This document shows positions 40,501 through 47,825 of a stretch of DNA of 64,000 bases, piece after piece. Position 1 is the first letter of the stretch. Each line of letters opens with the position of its first letter. The position numbers were made by a program, and so were the translations under genes. Under the pieces are notes generated by a model, which did not search any database, had not been told where the DNA came from, and saw only the letters and a program-made list of their open reading frames with translations. The DNA comes from Candidatus Latescibacterota bacterium (GTDB lineage Bacteria > Latescibacterota > UBA2968 > UBA8231): NCBI GenBank assembly GCA_965223905.1, contig CBDCXV010000001.1:672001-736000 (forward strand). Reading direction: 5' to 3'.

Positions 40501-42351
40501 CAGTTGGTCGCCGAAGATTATGCCGGCGCCAGCGGCGAGGGCGATCAGGGCGGTTTCGTCCTGCTGACCTGGGACGCCTCCGACGATCACGATAGCCTCG
40601 ACAAGTACCGCGTCTACCGTCAGATCGCGGTGAGCACGGTCATGGACGAGGAGACCGGCAACTTCGTTACCCTGCCGGAGCCGACCACCGCGCTGGTTCA
40701 CTGGGGCACGATCGATGCGATCCCGGGTGCCGATGTCATGCGGGTTGTCGTGGCCACCCTCGATTCGGATGCAACTGCTTTCGGAGTGGCAGCCGAGCGG
40801 GGCGGTCGGAGCTCCAAGCAGGCTTTCGGTCCCGGTCAGAACGTGGAAAACCCGTACGAGCTGATGGCACAGACGATGTCCAGGAGCAGGGAAGCAGCGC
40901 AGCCGGTTTCGGATGCGCCGGTTTTCGCTACCCTGAGCCCGGAAGCCCTGACCTACCAGGCCAAGGGGGTCGTGCCGCTGCTCAAGAGCGTCGACAGCGA
41001 CGTTCTGCGGTCTGAGATAACCATGTCCGAAGTTGTCAGGAGCATCGACAATATCCCGCCGGGCGCCATTCCTTACCTCAAGGTGCTCGACACTCCGGGC
41101 GACGCGGGCGGCAGCATCAGGGTCACCTGGACCACGTCACCTGACGACCGCATGCTGACCACCACGGTCGGCAGCGCCATTGGCCTCGGCGGCCACGTCT
41201 ACTCCGTCGGCGGAGTCGCGGGCTACAACGTCTATCGCAAGATCGGCGACGGGGCCTTCGAGCTGATCGGCAAGGCGGGAAGCGGCGAGACCTCCTTCGA
41301 CGACGCCACGGTCTTCAACGGCGTGCGCTACACCTACCAGGTGAAGCCGTTCGACATTGACAACGAGACCGACAGCGAGTTGGAAGGGACCGCGATGGCG
41401 ATCCGCAACCAGGTCCTCGACGCCAACGGCAACGTGGTTCTCGGACTCTTCGGGAGCGACGACAAGGTCGGTTTCGACGACTTCTTCATCCTCGCGGATC
41501 AGTTCGGTATGACCGTCGAGGACGAAGATTTCGAGCCGGCGTTCGATCTCAGTCCCAACAACAAGATCGATCTCAACGACTTCTTCACCTTTGCCGATTT
41601 CTTCGGCAGAACGGTGGAAGGCGCTGGCAAGGCGTTGCCGATTTCGATGGCCGGTCTGAACAGCGACGCCCGCTTCTATCTCGACGCCGGCACAGAGCTG
41701 CCGAGGGTCGGAGAGGAGATGGCGATTCTGGTCAGCCTGGAAGACTTCGTCGAGCTCAAGGGCTACGGATTCAGCGTCAGCTACGATCCGCAGGTCCTGA
41801 CCTACGTGGGAACCCGGGTGGAGAACAGCATCCTGGGCGCCGGCGAGTTTGCTGAAGGTCAGCTGGTGTCCCACAAGGACGGTCTCGTGTCGCTCGTCAC
41901 CTACGGCGATGTGGCCACCGAAGGCGATCTCGGTCTCAGCCTCCTCTTCCGCTCTTTGCAGGAGATCGAGGACAGCTACATCGACATCGTGAACGCCGAG
42001 GTGAGAGACGGCAATTACGGCTTGAACACGCTGGCCGCTCCGGTTTCGGTACGGATTCAGACTCGTCCCGAGGTCTACGCGCTTCGGAACAACTTCCCGA
42101 ACCCGTTCAACCCGGAGACCACGCTCAAGTACGACTTGCCGGAAGCTGGTGACGTGAAGCTGGAAGTTTACAACATGCTGGGACAGGTGGTCAGGACTCT
42201 GGTCAACGAGCACCAGACCGCCGGTCGCTACGCAGTCCAGTGGGACGCCACCAACGGCCACGGTCAGAGCATGTCGTCGGGGATCTACTTCTATCGCGTC
42301 CAGGTAGAAGGTGAGTTCACCGACGTCAAGAAGATGCTGCTGCTCAAGTAG
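37549..42351 (+). CDS. Large acidic secreted protein: Ig/FN3-like domains, EF-hand/dockerin-like pair, cohesin-like domain, FlgD/T9SS-like CTD (scaffold or S-layer candidate)
   Basis: SD GAGGAGGA plus signal peptide; DxAGN Ig-like motifs; FN3 (IRVTWTTSPDD..GYNVYRK..YTYQVKPFD); DDKVGFDDFFILADQFG/NNKIDLNDFFTFADFFG; LKGYGFSVSYDPQVLTY; NNFPNPFNP..SGIYFYR..KKMLLLK. Confidence 0.85.
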   Translation: MHFSRKLILLTAFMVGLGFIGSGEVEAAKVTKVQITAPDSGALVGIGGSFTVRVEVEDFLGAENDSMGVIVFLALENGGGEPDSLVADTSATGLYPEANPSTISNLLPGTTEFFETNTTEAVAGAGVNAIGAVAALQLRGRAIEVKEGKEQFGDGKNLRGDGTSLKLLSADNEGAVFEWAATLHASVGTVSGVRAGAVSFVDATPHDGDANNASTGDEASAAATAVYSTERIDLDGDRPISGDMFFVQNLDIFDTNREDDFVPFMGVGDGDSLSYRLVGERPGDSGGGREVTGFNVGGPNDTRTVLGIGDTLRTYVKLGNRLNPLLGSDSLKLVIEAFGIEQLVHQRGIKSATRKSDRIEFEDVLSDGEYVKKDSDFTDLFEAAGADTHDIRYFLVDGAGNRSHIADIGDFDRQEDALTATGISIGTVLLVDTAKPVFDSTNGDTLLPVSAATSTDGGINGPVYPNDWNPIRLNLDRALDSLIVEFKGPKEGSLRLGNAGIPSIKHPILKATAGASTSDKGELLDFFSLDFTSYGKASGLKDDDDAVVAEKDSVRAADKDGNLIDGQFDGPESKDAVITTGTYKISFTGIDVAGNKGPARTRSDVYVDVDDVEFIRSFPFGEGDNESGLDTIEANTAVVVFRLSEPVDSLAIEYKGVAMGADADSNDVDKTRNYLLVGGQKTNTTTPEEFRVPGLQHDNRYVLTVTARDLAGNWVQSKPDTFWYNTDYQVPQANQFVVKITKPGERKTALTGLDKKIEAGDEIGISLEAQAVTGDNAPTYGGVATVTVGGGSGIELIGNKSTGATDNGDGTISLNGEDWVIGSREIVFRDTVSVENLTISIEADDDSTLVGEADSVVVIHPDDYSQIIISAADDSVMQGENFMVNVVIADKFGNQRVADNRFVAISTNTIGVQVPPDAVHIAKGAGSFMVNSSGWSGDLTLSVRDIADRKDGTANTLGTGTVYVRASDDAPDPVDPEEAPDAPDQLVAEDYAGASGEGDQGGFVLLTWDASDDHDSLDKYRVYRQIAVSTVMDEETGNFVTLPEPTTALVHWGTIDAIPGADVMRVVVATLDSDATAFGVAAERGGRSSKQAFGPGQNVENPYELMAQTMSRSREAAQPVSDAPVFATLSPEALTYQAKGVVPLLKSVDSDVLRSEITMSEVVRSIDNIPPGAIPYLKVLDTPGDAGGSIRVTWTTSPDDRMLTTTVGSAIGLGGHVYSVGGVAGYNVYRKIGDGAFELIGKAGSGETSFDDATVFNGVRYTYQVKPFDIDNETDSELEGTAMAIRNQVLDANGNVVLGLFGSDDKVGFDDFFILADQFGMTVEDEDFEPAFDLSPNNKIDLNDFFTFADFFGRTVEGAGKALPISMAGLNSDARFYLDAGTELPRVGEEMAILVSLEDFVELKGYGFSVSYDPQVLTYVGTRVENSILGAGEFAEGQLVSHKDGLVSLVTYGDVATEGDLGLSLLFRSLQEIEDSYIDIVNAEVRDGNYGLNTLAAPVSVRIQTRPEVYALRNNFPNPFNPETTLKYDLPEAGDVKLEVYNMLGQVVRTLVNEHQTAGRYAVQWDATNGHGQSMSSGIYFYRVQVEGEFTDVKKMLLLK

Positions 42352-42373
42352 GCGGAGGGCAAGGCAGCGAAAT

Positions 42374-42410
42374 TGAGACGGGACCCTGCCCTCGCGGGGT
42401 CCCGTCCTCA
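42374..42410 (+). terminator. Strong intergenic hairpin without a U-tract (partial terminator or mRNA stabiliser)
   Basis: tgagacgggaccctgc-cctc-gcggggtcccgtcctca. Confidence 0.55.
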
Positions 42411-42500
42411 TATTAGACGGAAATTTTGAAACCGGAAGCTGAACGCAGTTCAAACGGGATGGCCAACTTGGGTCGCGTATCATTGATCAGGAGAGAGGAA

Positions 42501-44057
42501 ATGCTCAACCACGTGCGAAAGGCCGCGCCATTTGCCCTCGCCTTCGTAATCGTCTTGGCTGGTGTAGCTTTCGCAGGTGACAATGAAGCCGTCACCTTTT
42601 CTACTACCAGTGATACGGAGGTGTCCGGGATAGGGGCTGGGGGAACCGTTTCCCTCAACGTCACCGCATCGGGAATGGTCGGCGTATCTCAATACGATAT
42701 GACAGTCACAGTCACCCCTGCCGATGCCTTCAACCTGGAGGCTACTACGTTCGCCCCCGGGCCGGATTTCGTCGCTCCTGGAACGGAAACCGGGGAAGGC
42801 ACGGTGAAGGCGGGTGCCGCAAACTTCAGCGGGGCAATAGACGGGGATTCCTCCCTGGGCGATTTCGTGCTGACAGCCTCCGCTGATTTTACCGAGGATA
42901 CCCAGGCGACGGTTACAGTCAGCATGGTTTCCGTCGGCTCATCCTCAACTGACCGCGACGAGTTCGACGCCGATGCGATCGGCATTTCGATCATGGTCAA
43001 TCCCCCTGTGCCGCCGCCGCCGCCGGTCATCGAACCGACGCTGTCTGCTGTCGGGGCTACCGACCTCAGCCTTGATTTTTCCGGGGCTATTGGTGACGCC
43101 GGCGAGCCGGACGGCAGCGCCGGCGAAGTGACTTTGGGCGTCAGCTTCACGGACGCGACTGGGGCCGCAATGGAAGGCCAGGAGGTTGCCTGGTCGGTCA
43201 CCAACAACGGGGCCGAGTCGGTGTTCGTTCTTGGCGAGGGCGGGCAGGAGATAACGGCCAACACCTCCGATGTGGCGGTGACGGCTACCACCGATGCCGC
43301 CGGTCTGGCATCGATCACTTTTGATTGCGAGGGTGACGGCGACTCCGGCAGCACCAGTATCTCGGTGACGGCGAGGACTACCGCTCCGAATTCCGAAGGA
43401 GAATCCAGGGGCCTGAGCGTCGGCTTCAGCGCCACCTGGGATGTTCCGGTTCCCGCAGAGTTGGCGAGCTTTGCCGCCGAAGTCACCGGGGACCGCGAGA
43501 TCCTGCTGAGGTGGGGGGTCGTTTCCCAGACCAACAACCTCGGGTGGGAGGTTTTCCGCAGCACCGACGATGCCGTTTACGAGCGCATCGGGGATCTCGT
43601 CCCCGGGGAAGGTACGATCGATGTCTTCACGACTTATGATTTCATCGATTCCGATCCACCCCTCTCGGATATGGTCTACTACTATCTCAGGCAGATCGAC
43701 CTCGATGGCTCCTCAACCCGTTCGCAGGTGATTCAGGTCTACTTCGACGCCACTGCCATCGACCTCGATCTGGTCCCGACCGTCACCGCATTGGGTCAGA
43801 ATTTTCCCAACCCGTTCAACCCCGAAACGACCATCAGCTTCGATTTGGCCCAACAAGCCCAGGTCGCCCTGACCATCTACGACGCAACCGGTCAGACCGT
43901 TCGAAAGCTTGCTGACGAGTACCTCCCGGCTGGTCACTACCGGCGGATCTGGGACGGGCTCGACCAGAATGGGGAAGCTGTCGGTTCCGGGGTGTATTTC
44001 TACGAGCTGAATGCTGGGGATTTCAGCTCGATGAAAAAGATGACCTTGGTCAGGTAA
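42501..44057 (+). CDS. Secreted protein: cohesin-like N-domain, poly-Pro linker, Ig-like domain, FlgD/T9SS-like CTD
   Basis: Signal peptide; beta-sandwich GTVSLNVTASGMVGVSQYDMTV; NPPVPPPPPV; VPAELASF..WGVVSQTNNLGWEVFRS..YYYLRQIDLDG; QNFPNPFNP..KKMTLVR. Confidence 0.82.
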   Translation: MLNHVRKAAPFALAFVIVLAGVAFAGDNEAVTFSTTSDTEVSGIGAGGTVSLNVTASGMVGVSQYDMTVTVTPADAFNLEATTFAPGPDFVAPGTETGEGTVKAGAANFSGAIDGDSSLGDFVLTASADFTEDTQATVTVSMVSVGSSSTDRDEFDADAIGISIMVNPPVPPPPPVIEPTLSAVGATDLSLDFSGAIGDAGEPDGSAGEVTLGVSFTDATGAAMEGQEVAWSVTNNGAESVFVLGEGGQEITANTSDVAVTATTDAAGLASITFDCEGDGDSGSTSISVTARTTAPNSEGESRGLSVGFSATWDVPVPAELASFAAEVTGDREILLRWGVVSQTNNLGWEVFRSTDDAVYERIGDLVPGEGTIDVFTTYDFIDSDPPLSDMVYYYLRQIDLDGSSTRSQVIQVYFDATAIDLDLVPTVTALGQNFPNPFNPETTISFDLAQQAQVALTIYDATGQTVRKLADEYLPAGHYRRIWDGLDQNGEAVGSGVYFYELNAGDFSSMKKMTLVR

Positions 44058-44107
44058 TTTCAGAATCGCGGCGAACCGCCGGATCCACCGGTGGTCTGCC
44101 AGGGAGT

Positions 44108-44147
44108 AGGCCGCCGGGTGTGTTTTCGCTCGGCGGCCTTTTCTTTT
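44108..44147 (+). terminator. Rho-independent terminator
   Basis: aggccgccg...cggcggcct followed by tttctttt. Confidence 0.8.
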
Positions 44148-44179
44148 CGCCGCCAGAAGGTTAACCGGTTTGATCGCCA

Positions 44180-44428
44180 ATGCGCGTAAAGCTGCTGCTG
44201 TTCGCCGGCTGCCGGGAGGCGGTCGGGAGCAAGGAACTGGAGATTGAGTTGCCGGAGGGAGCCTCGACGGTAGAGGAGGCCTTGGAGGTGGTCCTGGCCA
44301 GGTTTCCGCAGTTGCGGGGAATTGCCAAATCCGTGGCCATTGCCAGGAATGCTGAATACGTCCCGTGGGACGCTCCGATTGCGGACGGCGACGAGCTGGC
44401 GATCATCCCCCCTGTCAGCGGCGGATGA
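44180..44428 (+). CDS. moaD: Molybdopterin synthase sulfur carrier subunit
   Basis: VKLLLFAGCREAVG ... DGDELAIIPPVSGG (C-terminal GG). Confidence 0.92.
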   Translation: MRVKLLLFAGCREAVGSKELEIELPEGASTVEEALEVVLARFPQLRGIAKSVAIARNAEYVPWDAPIADGDELAIIPPVSGG

Positions 44429-44449
44429 CGGGATAGGTAGCAGGCAGAT

Positions 44450-44911
44450 ATGCTTTTCAGAATAACTGACGAACCGATCGCTCCAGGTGCCCTGTACGAC
44501 GAGGTCAGGGCCGACGGGGACGGGGCCGTGGTCACCTTCGCCGGGGTGGTGCGGGATCACAGCAACGGCAGGCGAACCGATCACCTGGTCTACGAGGCAT
44601 ACCCGCCTATGGCCGAGCGCGAGATGGCGAAGATCGGAGAGGAGGCGGCCTTGAGGTGGGAGGTTGACGACATCGCCATTCTGCATCGCGTCGGGCGCTT
44701 GGAGATTGGCGAAATCAGCGTTTTGGTAGCCGTATCCAGTCCGCATCGCGCCGATGGCTTTTCCGCCTGTCGGTTCGCCATCGACCGCCTGAAGCAGACG
44801 GTGCCTGTCTGGAAGAAGGAGATGTCCGAGGACGGCGAGTACTGGGTGGAGGGTCCTGGAATGCCGGAGTCGAACCCTGAGGCGGCCGGGTGTTCAACTT
44901 CAGCTGGGTAA
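44450..44911 (+). CDS. moaE: Molybdopterin synthase catalytic subunit
   Basis: GAVVTFAGVVR, YEAYPPMA, HRVGRL, SPHR, IDRLKQTVPVWKKE. Confidence 0.94.
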   Translation: MLFRITDEPIAPGALYDEVRADGDGAVVTFAGVVRDHSNGRRTDHLVYEAYPPMAEREMAKIGEEAALRWEVDDIAILHRVGRLEIGEISVLVAVSSPHRADGFSACRFAIDRLKQTVPVWKKEMSEDGEYWVEGPGMPESNPEAAGCSTSAG

Positions 44912-45375
44912 TTCCGGAAAAGCTGGCGGCCAGCGGCATGCTGGGCAGCCGCTACGGGAGCTTCTTCAACGGTTCGCCAACCTTGGCGGAAGACCTGGAG
45001 TTCGCCGCCCGGCAGAAGATCGGGGCGCTTGTTTCGCTGACGGAAACCGCCCTCGATGAGGGTGAAATCAGGGTTTCCGGGTTGGACTATCTCCACCTGC
45101 CGGTCGAGGACATGAGGGCGCCGGCGGTCGAGGATTGCCGTCGCTTCGTCGATTTCGCCGCGGACAGGATCGATCGGGGGATTGCCGTTCTCGTCCACTG
45201 CGTCGCCGGAAGGGGGCGCACCGGGACCATGCTGGCCTGCTTCTTCGTCCGCCAGGGTTGCGGTCCGCTGGAGTCGTTGGAGCGCGTCCGCAGGCTCCGG
45301 CCCGGGTCGGTGGAAACAGAAGCCCAGGAGGCCGTCGTTTTGGAGTACGCCGCGCGGCACAAGGTCCGTGGCTGA
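44890..45375 (+). CDS. Dual-specificity protein phosphatase family protein
   Basis: NFSWVIP, HLPVEDMRAP, VHCVAGRGRTG (CX5R), RPGSVET..Q. Confidence 0.88.
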   Translation: MFNFSWVIPEKLAASGMLGSRYGSFFNGSPTLAEDLEFAARQKIGALVSLTETALDEGEIRVSGLDYLHLPVEDMRAPAVEDCRRFVDFAADRIDRGIAVLVHCVAGRGRTGTMLACFFVRQGCGPLESLERVRRLRPGSVETEAQEAVVLEYAARHKVRG

Positions 45376-45446
45376 GCAACTGCATCGCCTCGCGCCGGAT
45401 GCGCGAGGTCACCAACCTCACTAGCAAATGGGAGGGGAGGTCCCGG

Positions 45447-45638
45447 ATGGAAACCCAGTTCCCGGTATGCCAAAGCTGCGATAAAGGTGTCCTGGTTCCG
45501 CTTTCCGACTACGGAAGGGATGGTGCGTCGATTCACTACAAGGCCTGGGTCTGCACCAGCCCCGAGTGCGGATTCCACATCCGTATCGACAACGGCGAGC
45601 TGAGCCTCGGCAAGGAATTGAAAGAGGCGTACAAGTAG
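45447..45638 (+). CDS. Small zinc-ribbon protein (63 aa)
   Basis: SD GGAGG; FPVCQSCDKGVLVPLSD...WVCTSPECGF. Confidence 0.72.
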   Translation: METQFPVCQSCDKGVLVPLSDYGRDGASIHYKAWVCTSPECGFHIRIDNGELSLGKELKEAYK

Positions 45639-45842
45639 GGGCCGTTTCTTTCCACTGGAAGCAGCCCTTTCTTCTACGCGCCGGCGCCTGTCCCTGCAGG
45701 CGCCGCTGGTCTGTCCCTGGAACCGCCCCCCCGGTTACCAGTTTCCCCCCGCGCGCGGAATCTCCGCGCGAGCCTCAGACACACCCGAATCATGGCGCAC
45801 GTCCGGGCACGCGTGCCCGGTGTGCATGCTCGACGACAAACA

Positions 45843-46784
45843 TTGAACAGACAGAAATTCGGCGATTACGGAGTGAGGCTCGGGGCGGTTCTTCTTGCCT
45901 GCCTGGTCTGGTTTTACGCCGCCACCGAGCTGACCTACCGCACCGAACTCGAAATCGGGCTGCAGGTTGCCGATCCACCGCCGACCAGATCCGGGATTCC
46001 GATCGTCGTCGCCAACCCCGTTCCTGAGAGGGTGGTCGTAGTGGTGTCGGGGAGCGGCAAGGACATCCTTCTGTTGGAGGACGACGCCTTCCTGCTTCGC
46101 GTTCAGCCGCCGGTCGGCCGGCAAGGTACGAGGCGCAAGTTCAGACTGGTGCCGGAGCAGGTGGTCAGCAAGACCGACCTGCCGGTCAGGGTCGAGGAGA
46201 TCGTCGACCCGAAAGAGGTCGAGGTGGTAATGGACAAGCTGGTCGAGGCGAACCTGCCGGTACGTGCGCTGATCGACATGCAAATCGCCGATTCCTATAC
46301 CCAGGTCGGCCCGGTCGAAGTGACCCCGGAGACGGTTCGGGTTTCCGGCCCGGCATCGCAAGTCGGCGCGCTGTACGTGCTCCATACCGATTCCCTGGTT
46401 CAATACGGGGTCAGGCGGGATATCGCCGCCACGCTCCCGATATCCCTGCCGGAAGGTTCCCGCATCGAGATGAGCTCCGATCACGTGACCGTTCGTGTCG
46501 ACGTTCAAGAGCTGGCCGAGTACGAAATCGCCAACGTCCCGGTGAGAATACCCAGGGCCGGACTTCCCCCGCTGGCTGCCAGACCCTCGCGCGTCACCGT
46601 CCTTGTGCGGGGCGGCGCCGACGTCATCGGCAGGCTGGATCCGGAATCGGACTTCGATCTATTCGCCGACATCCAGGACGGGTCCCGGGTCGCGGGATCG
46701 ATCGTCAGGATCGCTCCGGGGGCGACCGAAAACTTCGAGATCAGGGAGATCACCCCGGAGTTCGTGACCCTCGTCAGGCGCTGA
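45843..46784 (+). CDS. YbbR/CdaR-family protein; start uncertain
   Basis: TM AVLLACLVWF, then YbbR-like repeats (PERVVVVVSG, PETVRVSGP, PSRVTVLVRG). Confidence 0.75.
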   Translation: MNRQKFGDYGVRLGAVLLACLVWFYAATELTYRTELEIGLQVADPPPTRSGIPIVVANPVPERVVVVVSGSGKDILLLEDDAFLLRVQPPVGRQGTRRKFRLVPEQVVSKTDLPVRVEEIVDPKEVEVVMDKLVEANLPVRALIDMQIADSYTQVGPVEVTPETVRVSGPASQVGALYVLHTDSLVQYGVRRDIAATLPISLPEGSRIEMSSDHVTVRVDVQELAEYEIANVPVRIPRAGLPPLAARPSRVTVLVRGGADVIGRLDPESDFDLFADIQDGSRVAGSIVRIAPGATENFEIREITPEFVTLVRR

Positions 46785-46790
46785 CCGGCC

Positions 46791-47825
46791 ATGCTCGTTC
46801 TCGGTATCGAAACCTCCTGTGACGAGACCTCCGCCGCGGTCGTCGAGGACTCGTCGATCCGCTCGAACGTGATCTGGTCGCAGCAGGACCACGCCCGCTT
46901 CGGCGGGGTGGTCCCCGAGCTGGCCTCGCGCGCCCACGTTCGCGCCATCGTCCCCGTCATCGAAACGGCGCTCCGGGAAGCCGGTGTGGCTTTGGGGGAC
47001 ATCGACGGGATAGCCGTGACCAGGGGTCCGGGCCTGATCGGGTCGCTGATCGTGGGGCTCAATGCCGCCAAGGGATTGGCGGTTTCCCTGGGCAAGCCGT
47101 TCGTCGGGGTGAACCACCTCGAGGGGCACATCTTCTCCAATCTGGTGGAGCGCCGAATCGAGGTGCCGTTCCTCACCCTCCTTGTTTCCGGGGGACATAC
47201 GGAGCTGGTTCTCGTCGAGCGCCTCGGCGAGTACAAGCTTCTGGGAAGGACCCTCGACGACGCCGCAGGGGAGGCCTTCGACAAGGTCGCCAAGCTGCTC
47301 GACCTGCTGCCGGAGGACAGGATGGTCATGGGCGGTCGCGTCGTTGCCGAAGCGGCCGGGAGCGGAGACCCGGAAGCGATCCCGTTCCCCAGGGCGCTGG
47401 CCTCGCGGGAGACCTGGGATTTCAGCTTCAGCGGCCTCAAGACCGCCGTTCTCAACCACGTCCGCCAGCTGCAGCGGTCGAACCCGGACATCGGCAGCGA
47501 GATCCCCGATATCGCTGCCAGCTTTCAGGCCGCGGTCGTCGACGTGCTGGTCGAGCGCACGGCGAGGGCGATGACGGAGCTGAACGTCTCCCGGGTGGCG
47601 GTCGCCGGCGGCGTCGCCGCCAACGCCTCGCTGCGGGCCGGCCTGCAGGCGCAGGTCGCCGATCTCGGCGGCGAGCTCCACTGCCCGGCCCCTGTCCTGT
47701 GCACGGACAACGCCGCCATGATCGCCGCCGCCGGACTCTTCCACCTCCGCCGCGGAGAACGCGGCACCCCCGACCTCGACGCAGAGCCACGCCTTCCGCT
47801 GACCGACGCTCGCTCCTCCCGATGA
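46791..47825 (+). CDS. tsaD: tRNA N6-adenosine threonylcarbamoyltransferase
   Basis: LGIETSCDETSAAV, GGVVPELASRAH, VNHLEGH, LVSGGHT, DDAAGEAFDK, FSFSGLKT, CTDNAAMIA. Confidence 0.96.
   Translation: MLVLGIETSCDETSAAVVEDSSIRSNVIWSQQDHARFGGVVPELASRAHVRAIVPVIETALREAGVALGDIDGIAVTRGPGLIGSLIVGLNAAKGLAVSLGKPFVGVNHLEGHIFSNLVERRIEVPFLTLLVSGGHTELVLVERLGEYKLLGRTLDDAAGEAFDKVAKLLDLLPEDRMVMGGRVVAEAAGSGDPEAIPFPRALASRETWDFSFSGLKTAVLNHVRQLQRSNPDIGSEIPDIAASFQAAVVDVLVERTARAMTELNVSRVAVAGGVAANASLRAGLQAQVADLGGELHCPAPVLCTDNAAMIAAAGLFHLRRGERGTPDLDAEPRLPLTDARSSR

Noticed and set aside
24245-42244. Diversity-generating retroelement template/variable repeat pair
   Set aside because: The match is only 33 bp and identical, with no adenine-specific mismatches, and no reverse transcriptase is present in the window
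45843-46784. c-di-AMP signalling operon
   Set aside because: A YbbR/CdaR-like gene is present but no adjacent diadenylate cyclase (cdaA); not enough to call the pathway
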